DNA of 63,968 nt, from positions 5,686,530-5,750,497 of the forward strand of contig NC_068984.1 of the NCBI RefSeq assembly GCF_001194135.2, given 5' to 3'. Both the position numbers and the translations under genes were made by a program. The stretch is from Octopus bimaculoides. Its lineage: Eukaryota. The notes under the pieces are model-generated. The model was not told where the DNA came from and ran no database searches. It saw nothing but the letters and a program-made list of their open reading frames with translations. This document shows positions 53,874 to 63,968 of the stretch, in pieces; the first letter of the stretch is position 1; each line of letters begins with the position of its first letter.

Positions 53874-54204
53874 CTGGTTCCATGTTGAAGGTAACAAATG
53901 CATGAACCCGTTTAAAAAATGCGCAGCCTTGCGGTACGATGATGTATACATAAGTGATAGTCGATGCATTCTCGGTTAATTGAACATTAAGGGGTGGACA
54001 CTGGGTTGTGTGTTTGCAGTACAAACGGAATCATCGACAGAATGCTAACCCTTATTCTCACAGATCAATCCGTGATAAGAGTAGCATGGTTCAGAATTGA
54101 GCGTATCCTGTTATCTCGGATCGGTGACGAATAAATTATGGATAAACGAGTCTACATGTATTTCTTCTTAGATGGATTCTTTATTCTATATTATGTGAGT
54201 TTAC

Positions 54205-54271
54205 CTCCAAGGTTGTGTAGAGAAGTTTGATTCGCAATTGCTCGCAGTTCGGGATTCAGTCTTGGCCTTTT
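54205..54271 (-). CDS. Candidate exon 2 (KAKTESRTASNCESNFSTQPW)
   Basis: gtgttag acceptor, GAG|gtaaac donor; phase 1 to 2. Confidence 0.4.
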
Positions 54272-54409
54272 CTAACACAATGTACATTTTACCAAAGCTA
54301 ACTGAGAGATGTCTTTACTTTTTTGAATCTCATGAGAGATATCGTTCTTGGTTCGTATACTTGATCCATTATGTAGTTTAATACACGCGTGATAGTTCGT
54401 TGTCATTAC

Positions 54410-54519
54410 CAAGGGTAGCAGAACTACAAGAACTTGACCCAAGTCTCCAGTCTGAGGATAAATTCTTCTCAGCATTCTCAGTGACGCTGAAAAAGGTCTC
54501 TGATTCTGTACTTCCACTC
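54410..54519 (-). CDS. Candidate exon 1 of the chain (SGSTESETFFSVTENAEKNLSSDWRLGSSSCSSATL)
   Basis: AT-rich intron ending ctttgtcag, TTG|gtaatg donor; phase 2 to 1. No start codon or upstream partner established. Confidence 0.4.
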
Positions 54520-55732
54520 CTGACAAAGCCATAGAATATAATTTTAAAATTTAATAAATAAAAAGGTACTTGCTTGTTTGGCAAGGTTTCGTATTCTGTA
54601 ATAGCATCTTTTTAACAGAAGAAATATAATTCAACTTTTTTCTTAACGATATCCAAGAAGCCATTAAATGATAAAACATAATTTAGACTTGATAGATTTA
54701 AAGTCAACTTGGATGGGAATTAAACTTAGGCCACAAAGGAACGTAGTCTGAATACTACCAGATACCGGGACTTACACTCTTTCCAGTCTATATTCTTATC
54801 AAAAACTACGTCCCAGGAAAAACCCTACCAGCATATTTTTCATTCTTTGAAATAAAGTAAATCCTTGTTTGATATGAAGTTTAATATGTCATTATAAAAG
54901 TCATCGGCGCCAAGACAGTTGGTTTGTTGTCTCGGCAGTTTTAAAGGAAATGATTAGCAAATGTCATTTAAAAATCATTTCAACCATCAACATGGCGTCG
55001 TCATATTTAGCGCAGCGATCAGAAGAAATCTAATCATTTAACAATAAGTAATTGGTGACAAAGACAACACATTATTTTGATGCTTTTTACTTGTTACCCT
55101 CATTGGACGACGGCCATGCTGCGATACCGCTACCACCTTTAAGGAGTCTTCTACAAGAATCCTGAGTTGACCAATGCCTTGCATTTAAATAGTTTCGCTG
55201 GTTCGATGTAATCAATGCAGTGGAAACCATTGTTACTTCTCTCTCCATACATTGTTCCAGCTTCGATATTCAATTGATTTAGTGTTTACATTAATTTTTC
55301 ATCAGAATCATATTGAGTGAAAGTTTATACAGCACCGATCTCTTGTGACTCCAATGAATAAATTTGATAAACAAACTGTGTGGAAGTCCGTTGTGTATGT
55401 TTGTGTGTTCCTCTCCTTATCTGAAAACTGCTGATGGTTTGTTTACGGCCCTGTACCTTAGCAATCCGGCTAAAAGGACGGGTAAGATAAGTAGTAGATT
55501 TAGAAAGATGTTCTGGTGTCGGTTGTTCGACTAAACTTTCAAAGCGATACCCAGTATAGCCACATTCCAATGACAAAGAAATGGAAGACGAAAGATAATT
55601 TATTCATTTATTCAGAGATAATATCTCCACAATGAAGAATACCAACTTACTCGGTTCATAATTGATGTCGGGAGGAAATTGACTGCAGTTAGGTTAAATA
55701 TGTGAGAAAACTTGTTTATTTCTTTATTGGTG

Positions 55733-55930
55733 AGCTGGCAGAATCGTGAGCGCATAGGACAAAATGCTTTTCTTCAGGATCATTACGTTTTAAGTTCAAA
55801 TTCCACCGAGGTCAATTATTACATTTATCTTTTCGAGGATTGAGAAAAATAAGTAGCAGTCAAGTACTGGAGTTGATGTATTCTCTTAATCCCCTCCATT
55901 TAGTATTTCAAGCCTTGTGCCAAAATTAGA
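55733..55930 (+). mobile_element. SINE family B
   Basis: GGTGAGCTGGCAGAATCG..AAGTTCAAATTCCACCGAGGTC. Confidence 0.8.
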
Positions 55931-56576
55931 ACGATTTATACACATTTTCAGCAGTTGCTTCGTAATCATTACTAATATAGAGGAACAGATTCGTATGAAG
56001 GAATTGCACACAAACACAGCGCTGCGTCGAATGACTGCTGTCTCTGACGACGCCACATCGAAGTTTATTTTTCATAAGCCATACATGAATGCCGAAATTC
56101 GCTACAATGTTTCATGCTTTGTTTGTGTTGATTGGTAAGAAGACAATCTTTGTTATTCTTGAAAAGTCGTGATACCTAACACCTTTAAATACCTCATATC
56201 TTTGGTAAGTTTGCATCTTACATTAGCTTCTTGCAGATAGCATACCTTACCGATGTGAATAATTTGTCTAAAGTTTCTATTTTCATGTTCATTGCCACCG
56301 AAACGTTGCACACAAATCTCAAACTATTCTGGTGCCCATCATCAGTGTTCTTTGTGCAGTTTATTATTTTTTTTTTATAATTCTGAGTTAGGAGTTAGCC
56401 TCATTAGATTGGAAACTGTTAGCTGTATTTCGTTCTTGTTTCACACATATTACATCTCTCCACTTCATGTATCTATCTAGATCTTATATATATATATATN
56501 NNNNNNNNNGTGTATATATGTGTTCGTTCTACGAATCTAATAAATCACACGCATATGCGAGACACTCTCTTTCTCC

Positions 56577-56612
<36 letters not shown>

Positions 56613-57459
56613 GATATGTGAACGTAAGTGTATGTAACAGTTTTTTTACTTATTTGTTTATTTGTGTGTGTGTGTGTGTACACATACTCATCTATGCGTT
56701 ATCAGGAATAGAGGGTGCCGCCGAGGAACACTAATTGTTCTCCTCTCTCTTTAGAGTTTATATTTTCTTCAGTCCGTAGTGAATTTATCAGAAACGAAAC
56801 TGCAGCTAAATTTAGCAGTTAGCCATCATGTCTTCGCCTTTTCCAAAATAAAAACATCCCCAAAGCTAATCACGGTTCGACAAACACAGTTATTTCACAT
56901 CAATTGGCCAACAAGCATTCAACATTACTCACAAAGTTTTCCACCAAAATATATCCGAACAGAAAATCCATCTTGTCATAGTCTTTCATAAAATATTAGC
57001 TTGGCTGTAAATATGTTGTTGTTTTTTTTCTTTTATTCTTTAATAATCTTTTCTTTTCTTCACACAAAAGAACATTCCCACAATTGATTTGGACAAAGGA
57101 AACCGTTTTCAATTATAACATACTCTGGGAGCCATGTCTTAAGTTGTTGCTCACCGAGACGTATCCGAAATACTGTGTGTGTGTGTGTAAATCACTTGGG
57201 TGTTGTGAGTACATATCTAACACTGAGGTTTTCAACTTCAAGTGTAAATTCAATCTCTGCTAACTAAATATTGTACATTTATTCATGCGAAATAAATGTA
57301 CTGCTGCAACTTCAATATCGTTTCCTTGAACTTTAGGACACATAAGGCCGGCTACTCAGTTTCCATACCATATAAGCAACCGGGGTCACTACATGGTCCC
57401 CTGAAAGGGACTTCGATTTGCTGCAGAGTTCAAGGTCAGAAGACATCGATCGCACTTGT

Positions 57460-57600
57460 TGACTAGTACTTAATTTTATCGAGCCTGAACGGATGAAAGG
57501 CAAAGTTGACCTTGACGGGATATGAACTCTAAACGTAAAGACCCGAAAGAAATACCACTAAGCGAGCTAACAATTCTGTAAACTCGCCGCCATTAAATAA
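57460..57600 (-). mobile_element. SINE family B fragment
   Basis: GGATGAAAGGCAAAGTTGACC..GAACTCTAAACG. Confidence 0.7.
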
Positions 57601-58836
57601 CGCTATAAAACCCTAAAAATGAAAGGCTCCATTAGATGTGGTTCGAGATAGGTTTTGTCTTAGCTTCATGGAACTTGACCATAAATCTGATTGCTCAGAA
57701 ACATCTTAGATTTAAACAACAGCGACTATATTCACACAAATCTAGCCGTCACTTCGTCTTTCACATGTCTACCGCAAAGTAAATATTTCCCGAAACACTT
57801 GCCCATCCATTATCCCAACTCAGTCATCAATGAACAAAAGAAAAAAAATACAAAACGTTTTAATATGTATGCTACGAAATGATCTAACAATGGTTATTGA
57901 AATCCAATAACATTACAATCTCTAGTAAATTTCTGGACAAGTGTATATACACACGCGGTATATACAGTCAAGTAATATATGTATACATATATATATATAT
58001 ATATAGTCTTTGGTCGCAGTCTAATGCCTGAAACAAATCTTGGGCACTGCTTTGCAGAATTATAGTTGAACGAATCGACCCCAGTGCTCATTTATTTTCT
58101 AGCCTGTTACTTATTCTATTAGTCCTTTTGCCTAAAAGCTAAGTTACGGGGATGTAAACACACCAACACCGGTTGTCTTGCAATGTTGCGGGACAAATAC
58201 TGGTACAAAGTCATACATACATACATATACACAACAAATTAAAATACCTCTTCTCGCCTTGTCACTGTCTCATTCGATCAAGAACGCCAGTAAAGCCACC
58301 TTCTGTCCATATACAACTACATATCTTTACGGAAACAGGGAGCCGTTGCTACTTCTCTGTCACTTGACTTGCTAGAAATGTATCGTTAATCTATTATATA
58401 AATTGAACATGGGCGACCGTTGTATTCTTTCTTGTCTCGCGGTTCACGGTCAAACGGCTGGGTGGATTCGCGTGAAAAATGGCAAACATGTGGAGACGGG
58501 TGCATAGGTTGGAACGCACTTAATATTTTCCCTAACACTCCATAGTCACCAAGAATATCGATTAAAACCTGCGTGTGTGTATCAATGAAGCCATTCATAC
58601 ATACATAATTACTCTCTCTCACTCTCTCTCTGTCAATCACTCACTACAAGAACTGAATGAAAAATTTTAGTTATCTCTCTGGCTTTCTCTCTCTATCTCA
58701 TATACACACACACACACACCATCAACATTACTCTCTCCTGTCTCGCACACCCCATCAAACATATACACACGCACAATTCTTCCGTATCACGCCAACGTCA
58801 AAAGCAGTTCAGTCATAAAACTGTCCATGTCTCTTT

Positions 58837-59536
58837 CCATTTGACGCCCACTTCAAAAGATCCCCTTTCCCCAAAACACATATTTAAAAAATATTTTCAC
58901 TTGTCCGGCCATTGATCGAGAGATAAAACACAAACCACCTCCTGCTGACTGCAAAACTCCAGCCAAAGCCGCAAAAAACAGGCACACATGCACACACGTT
59001 CATTTCATGTATTTCACTTTCTCTATGGACACACGTCCAATACAATGACTCTCACATTTTCGTCTTCAACAGGTATGCATTTATTCTATAATATAAATTG
59101 TTTTCCTACAAGGGTATAACAATTACTTATTCCATACTTCTTCATTTAGCTTTTATCTTCACTTTTCTTAAATTGGAANNNNNNNNNNNNNNNNCCATTT
59201 GACGCCCACTTCAAAAGATCCCCTTTCCCCAAAACACATATTTAAAAAATATTTTCACTTGTCCGGCCATTGATCGAGAGATAAAACACAAACCACCTCC
59301 TGCTGACTGCAAAACTCCAGCCAAAGCCGCAAAAAACAGGCACACATGCACACACGTTCATTTCATGTATTTCACTTTCTCTATGGACACACGTCCAATA
59401 CAATGACTCTCACATTTTCGTCTTCAACAGGTATGCATTTATTCTATAATATAAATTGTTTTCCTACAAGGGTATAACAATTACTTATTCCATACTTCTT
59501 CATTTAGCTTTTATCTTCACTTTTCTTAAATTGGAA
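58837..59536. other. 342-bp exact duplicate on either side of a 16-N gap (probable assembly artefact)
   Basis: 58837-59178 equals 59195-59536; the mirrored right arm has only one copy. Confidence 0.85.
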
Positions 59537-59579
59537 ACGTCTGCTATTCATTCTTACATAAAATTTCCCCGATAATTCT

Positions 59580-62420
59580 GACGATTTCCTGGAAAGTTCC
59601 AAGGTTGAGCTACTTCCAGGATTTCCGAGGATTTCCTGGAAATATCTGAGGAAGGGCTACTTCGTAGAAAGTTAGTAGGATTTCCTGGAAAGTTCCGAGA
59701 ATATCTTGGAAATATTGAGCTACTTCCTGGAAAGTTCCGAGGATTTCATGGAAATATCTGAGAAAGAGCTGCTTCCTGGGAAGTCCCGAGGATGGTACTT
59801 CTTGGAAAGATCCGAGGATTTCCTGGGAAGTTCCGAGGACTTCAATATCTGAGAAATGACCAATTCCTGGAAAGTTCTTAACATGGAACTTCCTGGAAAG
59901 TTCAGAGGATTTCCTGCAAGGGCTGCTTCCTGGAAAGTTCCAAGGATAGTACTTCCTGAAAAGATTCCAGGATTTCATGAGAAGTCCCGATGATTTAATC
60001 GAAGGTCTAATTCCTGGAAAATTCCGAGGATGGTACTTCATGGAAAAATCCGAGGATTTCATGAGAAGATCCAAAGAAGGGTTACTTCCTGGTAAATTCC
60101 AGGATGGAACTTCCTGCAAAGTTCCGAAGATTTCCTCGAATGTTCCGAGGAATTTCTAGAAAAAAACGCCGTGGATGATCTACTTTCTGGAAAGTTCCGA
60201 GGATGGAAATAGCTGGGAAGTTCCGATCATGAAAGTACCTGCAAAATTCCGTGGATTTCCTGGAAGGGCTGGTTCCTGGAAAGTACTGAGGATTTAATAT
60301 CCGAGGAAGAGCTACTTCTTGCAAAGTCCAGAGGATGGAACATCCTGGAAGGTTCCGAGAATTTCTTAGAAAGATCCAAGGATAAAATACATCATGGAAA
60401 CTTCCGAGGATGGTACTTCCGGGAAAGTTCCAAGGATATCATGGAAAGATACAACATTGAGCTACTTCATGGAAACTTCCAAGGATTGTTCTTCCTGGGA
60501 TGTTCCAAGGATTGATCTTCCTGGGATGTTCCAATGATTTCCCGGAAGGACTGCTTCCTGGAAAATATCGAGGTTGGTACTTCCTGGAAATATCCGGATT
60601 TCAATATCAGAGCTATTTACTGGAAATTTCCGTGGATGGTGCTACATGGAAAAATCCGAGGATTTCATGGGAAGTCCCGAGGAAGGGTTACTTCCGGTGA
60701 AGTTCTAAGAATGGAACATCCTGGAAAGTTCCGAGGATTTCCTCAATGATCCGAGGCCGAACTACTTGCTCGGAAATTCCGAGGGTTTTAAAAAGAGATC
60801 CGAGGACAAGGTACTACCTGGGAAGATAAGCTACTTCCTGGAAAGTTCCGAGGATTTCCTGGAAGGGCTGCTTTCTCGAAAGGCTACTTCCTGGGAAGTT
60901 CCAAGGATGGAACTTCCTGGAAAGTTTCGAGGCTGGAACTTCGAACTTCCCAGGAAGTAGTCCTTTCTCGGAAATTGAAAACTGCAGAACTCCCCCACGA
61001 AATCCTCGGATCCTTCCTGGAAATACCATCCTGGGAACTTCCCACGAGGCAGCCCTTCCAGGATATCCTCAGACCTTTCCAGGAAGTAGCTTTTCCTCGG
61101 ATCTTTCCAGGAAATACTGGGGACTTTTCAGGACAAATTCTCTGAATATTCTAGGAAGTAGTTCATCCGCAGCTATTTCGAGAAAATCCTCGGAAATTCT
61201 CTGGAAGTTCCATCCTCGGAACGTCTCATGAAATCATCCAATCTTTCCAGCAAGTACCATCCTCGGAACTTTCCCTAAAGTAGTCCTTCCACGAAATCAT
61301 CGAACTTTCCTTGAAGACCAATCTCCGGAACTTTCCAGGCAGTAGTTCAACCTCGAGTATTTCCACGAAATCCTGGGAACTTTCCAGGAAGTAGCTCTTC
61401 CTAGGATGTTTCCAGAATGTACCAACCTCGATATTTTCCAGGAAGCAGTCCTTCCGGGAAATCCTTGGAACTTCCCAGGAAGATCAATCCTCGAAACTTT
61501 CCATGAAGTAGCTCAACGTCGGATCTTTCCGTGATATCTTCGGAAATTTCCAGGACAAATCCTTGGAACTTTCCCGGAAGTACTATCATCGGAATTTTTT
61601 AGGAAGTATTTAACCCTTGGATCTTTCCAGGAAATTCTCGGAACCTTCCAGGAAGTTCCATCCTCTGGACCTTGCAAGCTCTTCCTCGGATATTAAATAC
61701 TCGAAACTTTCCAGGAATCGGCCCTTCCAGGAAATCCACGGAATTATCCAGGCTGTTCCATGATCGGAACTTCCCAGGTATTTCTATCCTCGGAACTTTC
61801 CAGGAAGTAGCCCATTCTCGGAAATTGATTTCCTCTGAACTTTCCAGGAAGTAGCCCTTCATCGGATTTTGAATTCCTCGGAACTTCCCAGGCAAACCTC
61901 GGAATTTTCCAGGAGGACAAATCCTTAGCACTTTCCAGGGAGTAGCTCATCCACGGATTTTCTTCCAGGAATTCCTCGAAACATTGGAGGAAATCTTCGG
62001 AACTTTCCAGGGAGTTCCATCCTGGAATTTACCAGGAAGTAACCCACCCTCGAGACTTCCCATGAAATCCTGGAATCTTTTCAGGAAGCAGTCCTTCCAG
62101 GAAATCCTCGGGACTTTCCAGGAAGTTCTTTGTTCGGAACCTTCATCAGATATTGAAATCATCGGAACTTCCCAGGAAATCCTCGGGACTTTCCAGGGAG
62201 TTCCATCCTGGAATTTACCAGGAAGTTCCATCCTGGAATTTACCAGGAAGTAACCCACCCTCGGGACTTCCCATGAAATCCTGGAATCTTTTCAGGAAGT
62301 ACTATCATTGGAACTTTCCAGGAAGTAGCTCAATATTTCCAGGATAACCTCGGAACTTTCCAGGAAATCCTACCTTTCTACGAAGTGGCCCTTCCTCGGA
62401 TATTTCCAGGAAATCCTCAA
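59580..62420. repeat. Degenerate satellite array of 21-28 bp units with core TTCCTGGAAAGTTCC; orientation flips near 60941
   Basis: Left half reads ..ACTTCCTGGAAAGTTCCGAGGA..; right half reads its reverse complement ..TCCTCGGAACTTTCCAGGAAGT.. Confidence 0.92.
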
Positions 62421-63632
62421 AATTATCGGGGAAATTTTATGTAAGAATTAATAGCAGACGTTTCCAAGTTAAGAAATGTGAAGATAAAAGCTAAATGAAG
62501 AAGTATAGAATAAATAATTGTTATACATTGTAGGAAAACAATTTATATTATAGAATAGATACATACATGTTGAAGACGAAAATGTGAGAGCCATTGTATT
62601 GGATGTGTGTCCATAGAGAAAGTGAAATACATGAAGTGTGCATGTTTTTTGCGGCTTTGGCCGGAGTTTTGCAGTCAGCAGGAGGTGGTTTGTGTTTTAT
62701 CTCTCGATCAATGGCCGGACAAGTGAAAATATTTTTAAAATGTGTTTTGGGGAAAGGGGACCTTTTGAAGTGGTCGTCAAATGAAAAGACATGGACAGTT
62801 TTATGACTGAACTGCTTTTGACGTTGGCGTGAGACGGAAGAATTGTTGTGCGTGTGTGTGTGTGTTTGATGGGGGTGCGAGACAGGAGAGAGTAATGTTG
62901 ATGGTGTGTGTGTGTGTATATGAGATAGAGAGAGAGAAAGCCAGAGAGAGATAACTAAAATTTTGCATTCAGTTTTTGTAGTGAGTGATTGACAGAATAA
63001 CCGAGAGAGAGTAATTATATATGTATGAATAGCTTCAGTGATACACACTCATATACACACACGCAGGTTTTAATCGATTTTCTTGGTGACTATGGAGTGT
63101 TATGAAAAATATTAAGTGCGTTCCAATCTATGCACCCGTCTCCACATGTTTGCCATTTTTCACGCGAATCCACCCAGCCGTTTGACCGTGAACCGCGAGA
63201 CAAGAAAGAATACAACGGTCGCCCATGTTCAATTTATATAATAGGTTAACGATACATTTCTAGCAAGTCAAGTGACAGAGAAGTAGCAACGGCTCCCTGT
63301 TTCCGTAAAGATATGTAGTTGTATATGGACAGAAGGTGGCTTTACTGGCGTTCTTGATCGAATGAGACAAGGCGAGAAGAGGTATTTTAATTTGTTGTGT
63401 ATATGTATGTATATATGACTTTGTACCAGTATTTGTCCCGCAAGATTGCAAGACAACCGGTGTTGGTGTGTTTACATCCTCGTAACTTAGCTTTTAGGCA
63501 AAAGGACTAATAGAATAAGTAACAGGCTAGAAAATAAATGAGCACTGGGGTCAATTCGTTCAACTATAATTCTGCAAAGCAGTGCCCATGATTTGTTTCA
63601 GGCATTAGACTGCGACCAAAGACTCTCTCTCC

Positions 63633-63667
<35 letters not shown>

Positions 63668-63968
63668 ACTTGACTGTATATACCGCGTGTGTATATACAC
63701 TTGTCCAGAAATTTACTGGAGATTGTAATGTTATTGGATTTCCATAACCATCGTTAGATCATTTCGTAGCATACATATTAAAACGTTTTGTATTTTTTTT
63801 CTTTTGTTCATTGATGACTGAGTTGGGATAATGGATGTGCAAGTGTTTCGGGAAATATTTACTTTGCGGTAGACATGTGAAAGACGAAGTGACGGCTAGA
63901 TTTGAGTGAATATAGTCGCTGTTGTTTAAATCTAAGATGTTTCTGAGCAATCAGATTTATGGTCAAGT

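Larger units (their letters stand above)
57673..63968. repeat. Long inverted duplication (palindrome) centred near 60941; the right arm runs off the window
   Basis: Position 63968 pairs with 57673. Paired track ORFs (57691-57882 with 63759-63950; 58173-58367 with 63268-63456) differ by few residues. Both arms contain the same SINE fragment (about 58007-58200 and 63440-63625). Confidence 0.95.

Noticed and set aside
50936-54122. Plus-strand exon chain (50936-51033 LNSYVIVLLLFAPE.., 53816-53890 NLFVCVVAWDQAPSYFSVHWFHVE, 54063-54122) with a vaguely Ig-like C..W spacing
   Set aside because: It overlaps the minus-strand candidate, whose purine-rich codons would mimic these pyrimidine tracts. It needs 43-48 bp introns to extend and no family is recognisable. 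Not excluded without RNA data.
58837-59536. 342-bp tandem duplication as a biological event
   Set aside because: Copies are identical, separated only by Ns, and the mirror arm has one copy: typical unmerged contig overlap.
59580-62420. CRISPR-like or protein-coding reading of the array (track ORFs such as 59610-60119)
   Set aside because: No unique spacers between identical repeats, eukaryotic context, and unit lengths of 21, 26 and 28 bp shift frame constantly. The ORFs arise on both strands from a stop-poor repeat.

Overview
AT-rich, repeat-dense eukaryotic DNA. From recalled similarity, the SINE families look like those of octopods, so probably Octopus (inference; no database used). There is no long intact ORF: nearly all ORFs in the supplied track come from microsatellites, SINEs or satellite DNA. 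Contents: about 35 tRNA-derived SINE copies from at least three families, decayed LINE fragments (CR1/L2-type RT, RTE-type endonuclease, two R4/Dong-type restriction-like endonuclease pieces), a mariner-type transposase remnant, a pogo/Tigger-type MITE, many microsatellites and four N gaps. A few low-confidence exon candidates exist (best: three phase-compatible minus-strand exons at 53786-54519). Two things stand out. (1) A family of small retroelements carrying minimal hammerhead-ribozyme motifs: an apparently intact copy at 44285-44330, a TSD-flanked palindromic tRNA-head plus hammerhead element at 2714-3204, and a second family with a core variant at 46433-46469. (2) A palindrome of at least 6.3 kb (57673 to the window end) whose centre is a 2.8-kb array of quasi-palindromic 21-28 bp units that flips orientation near 60941 and is dense in STAT/ETS/Rel-like motifs. 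Boundaries of degenerate repeats are approximate (about +/-20 bp).
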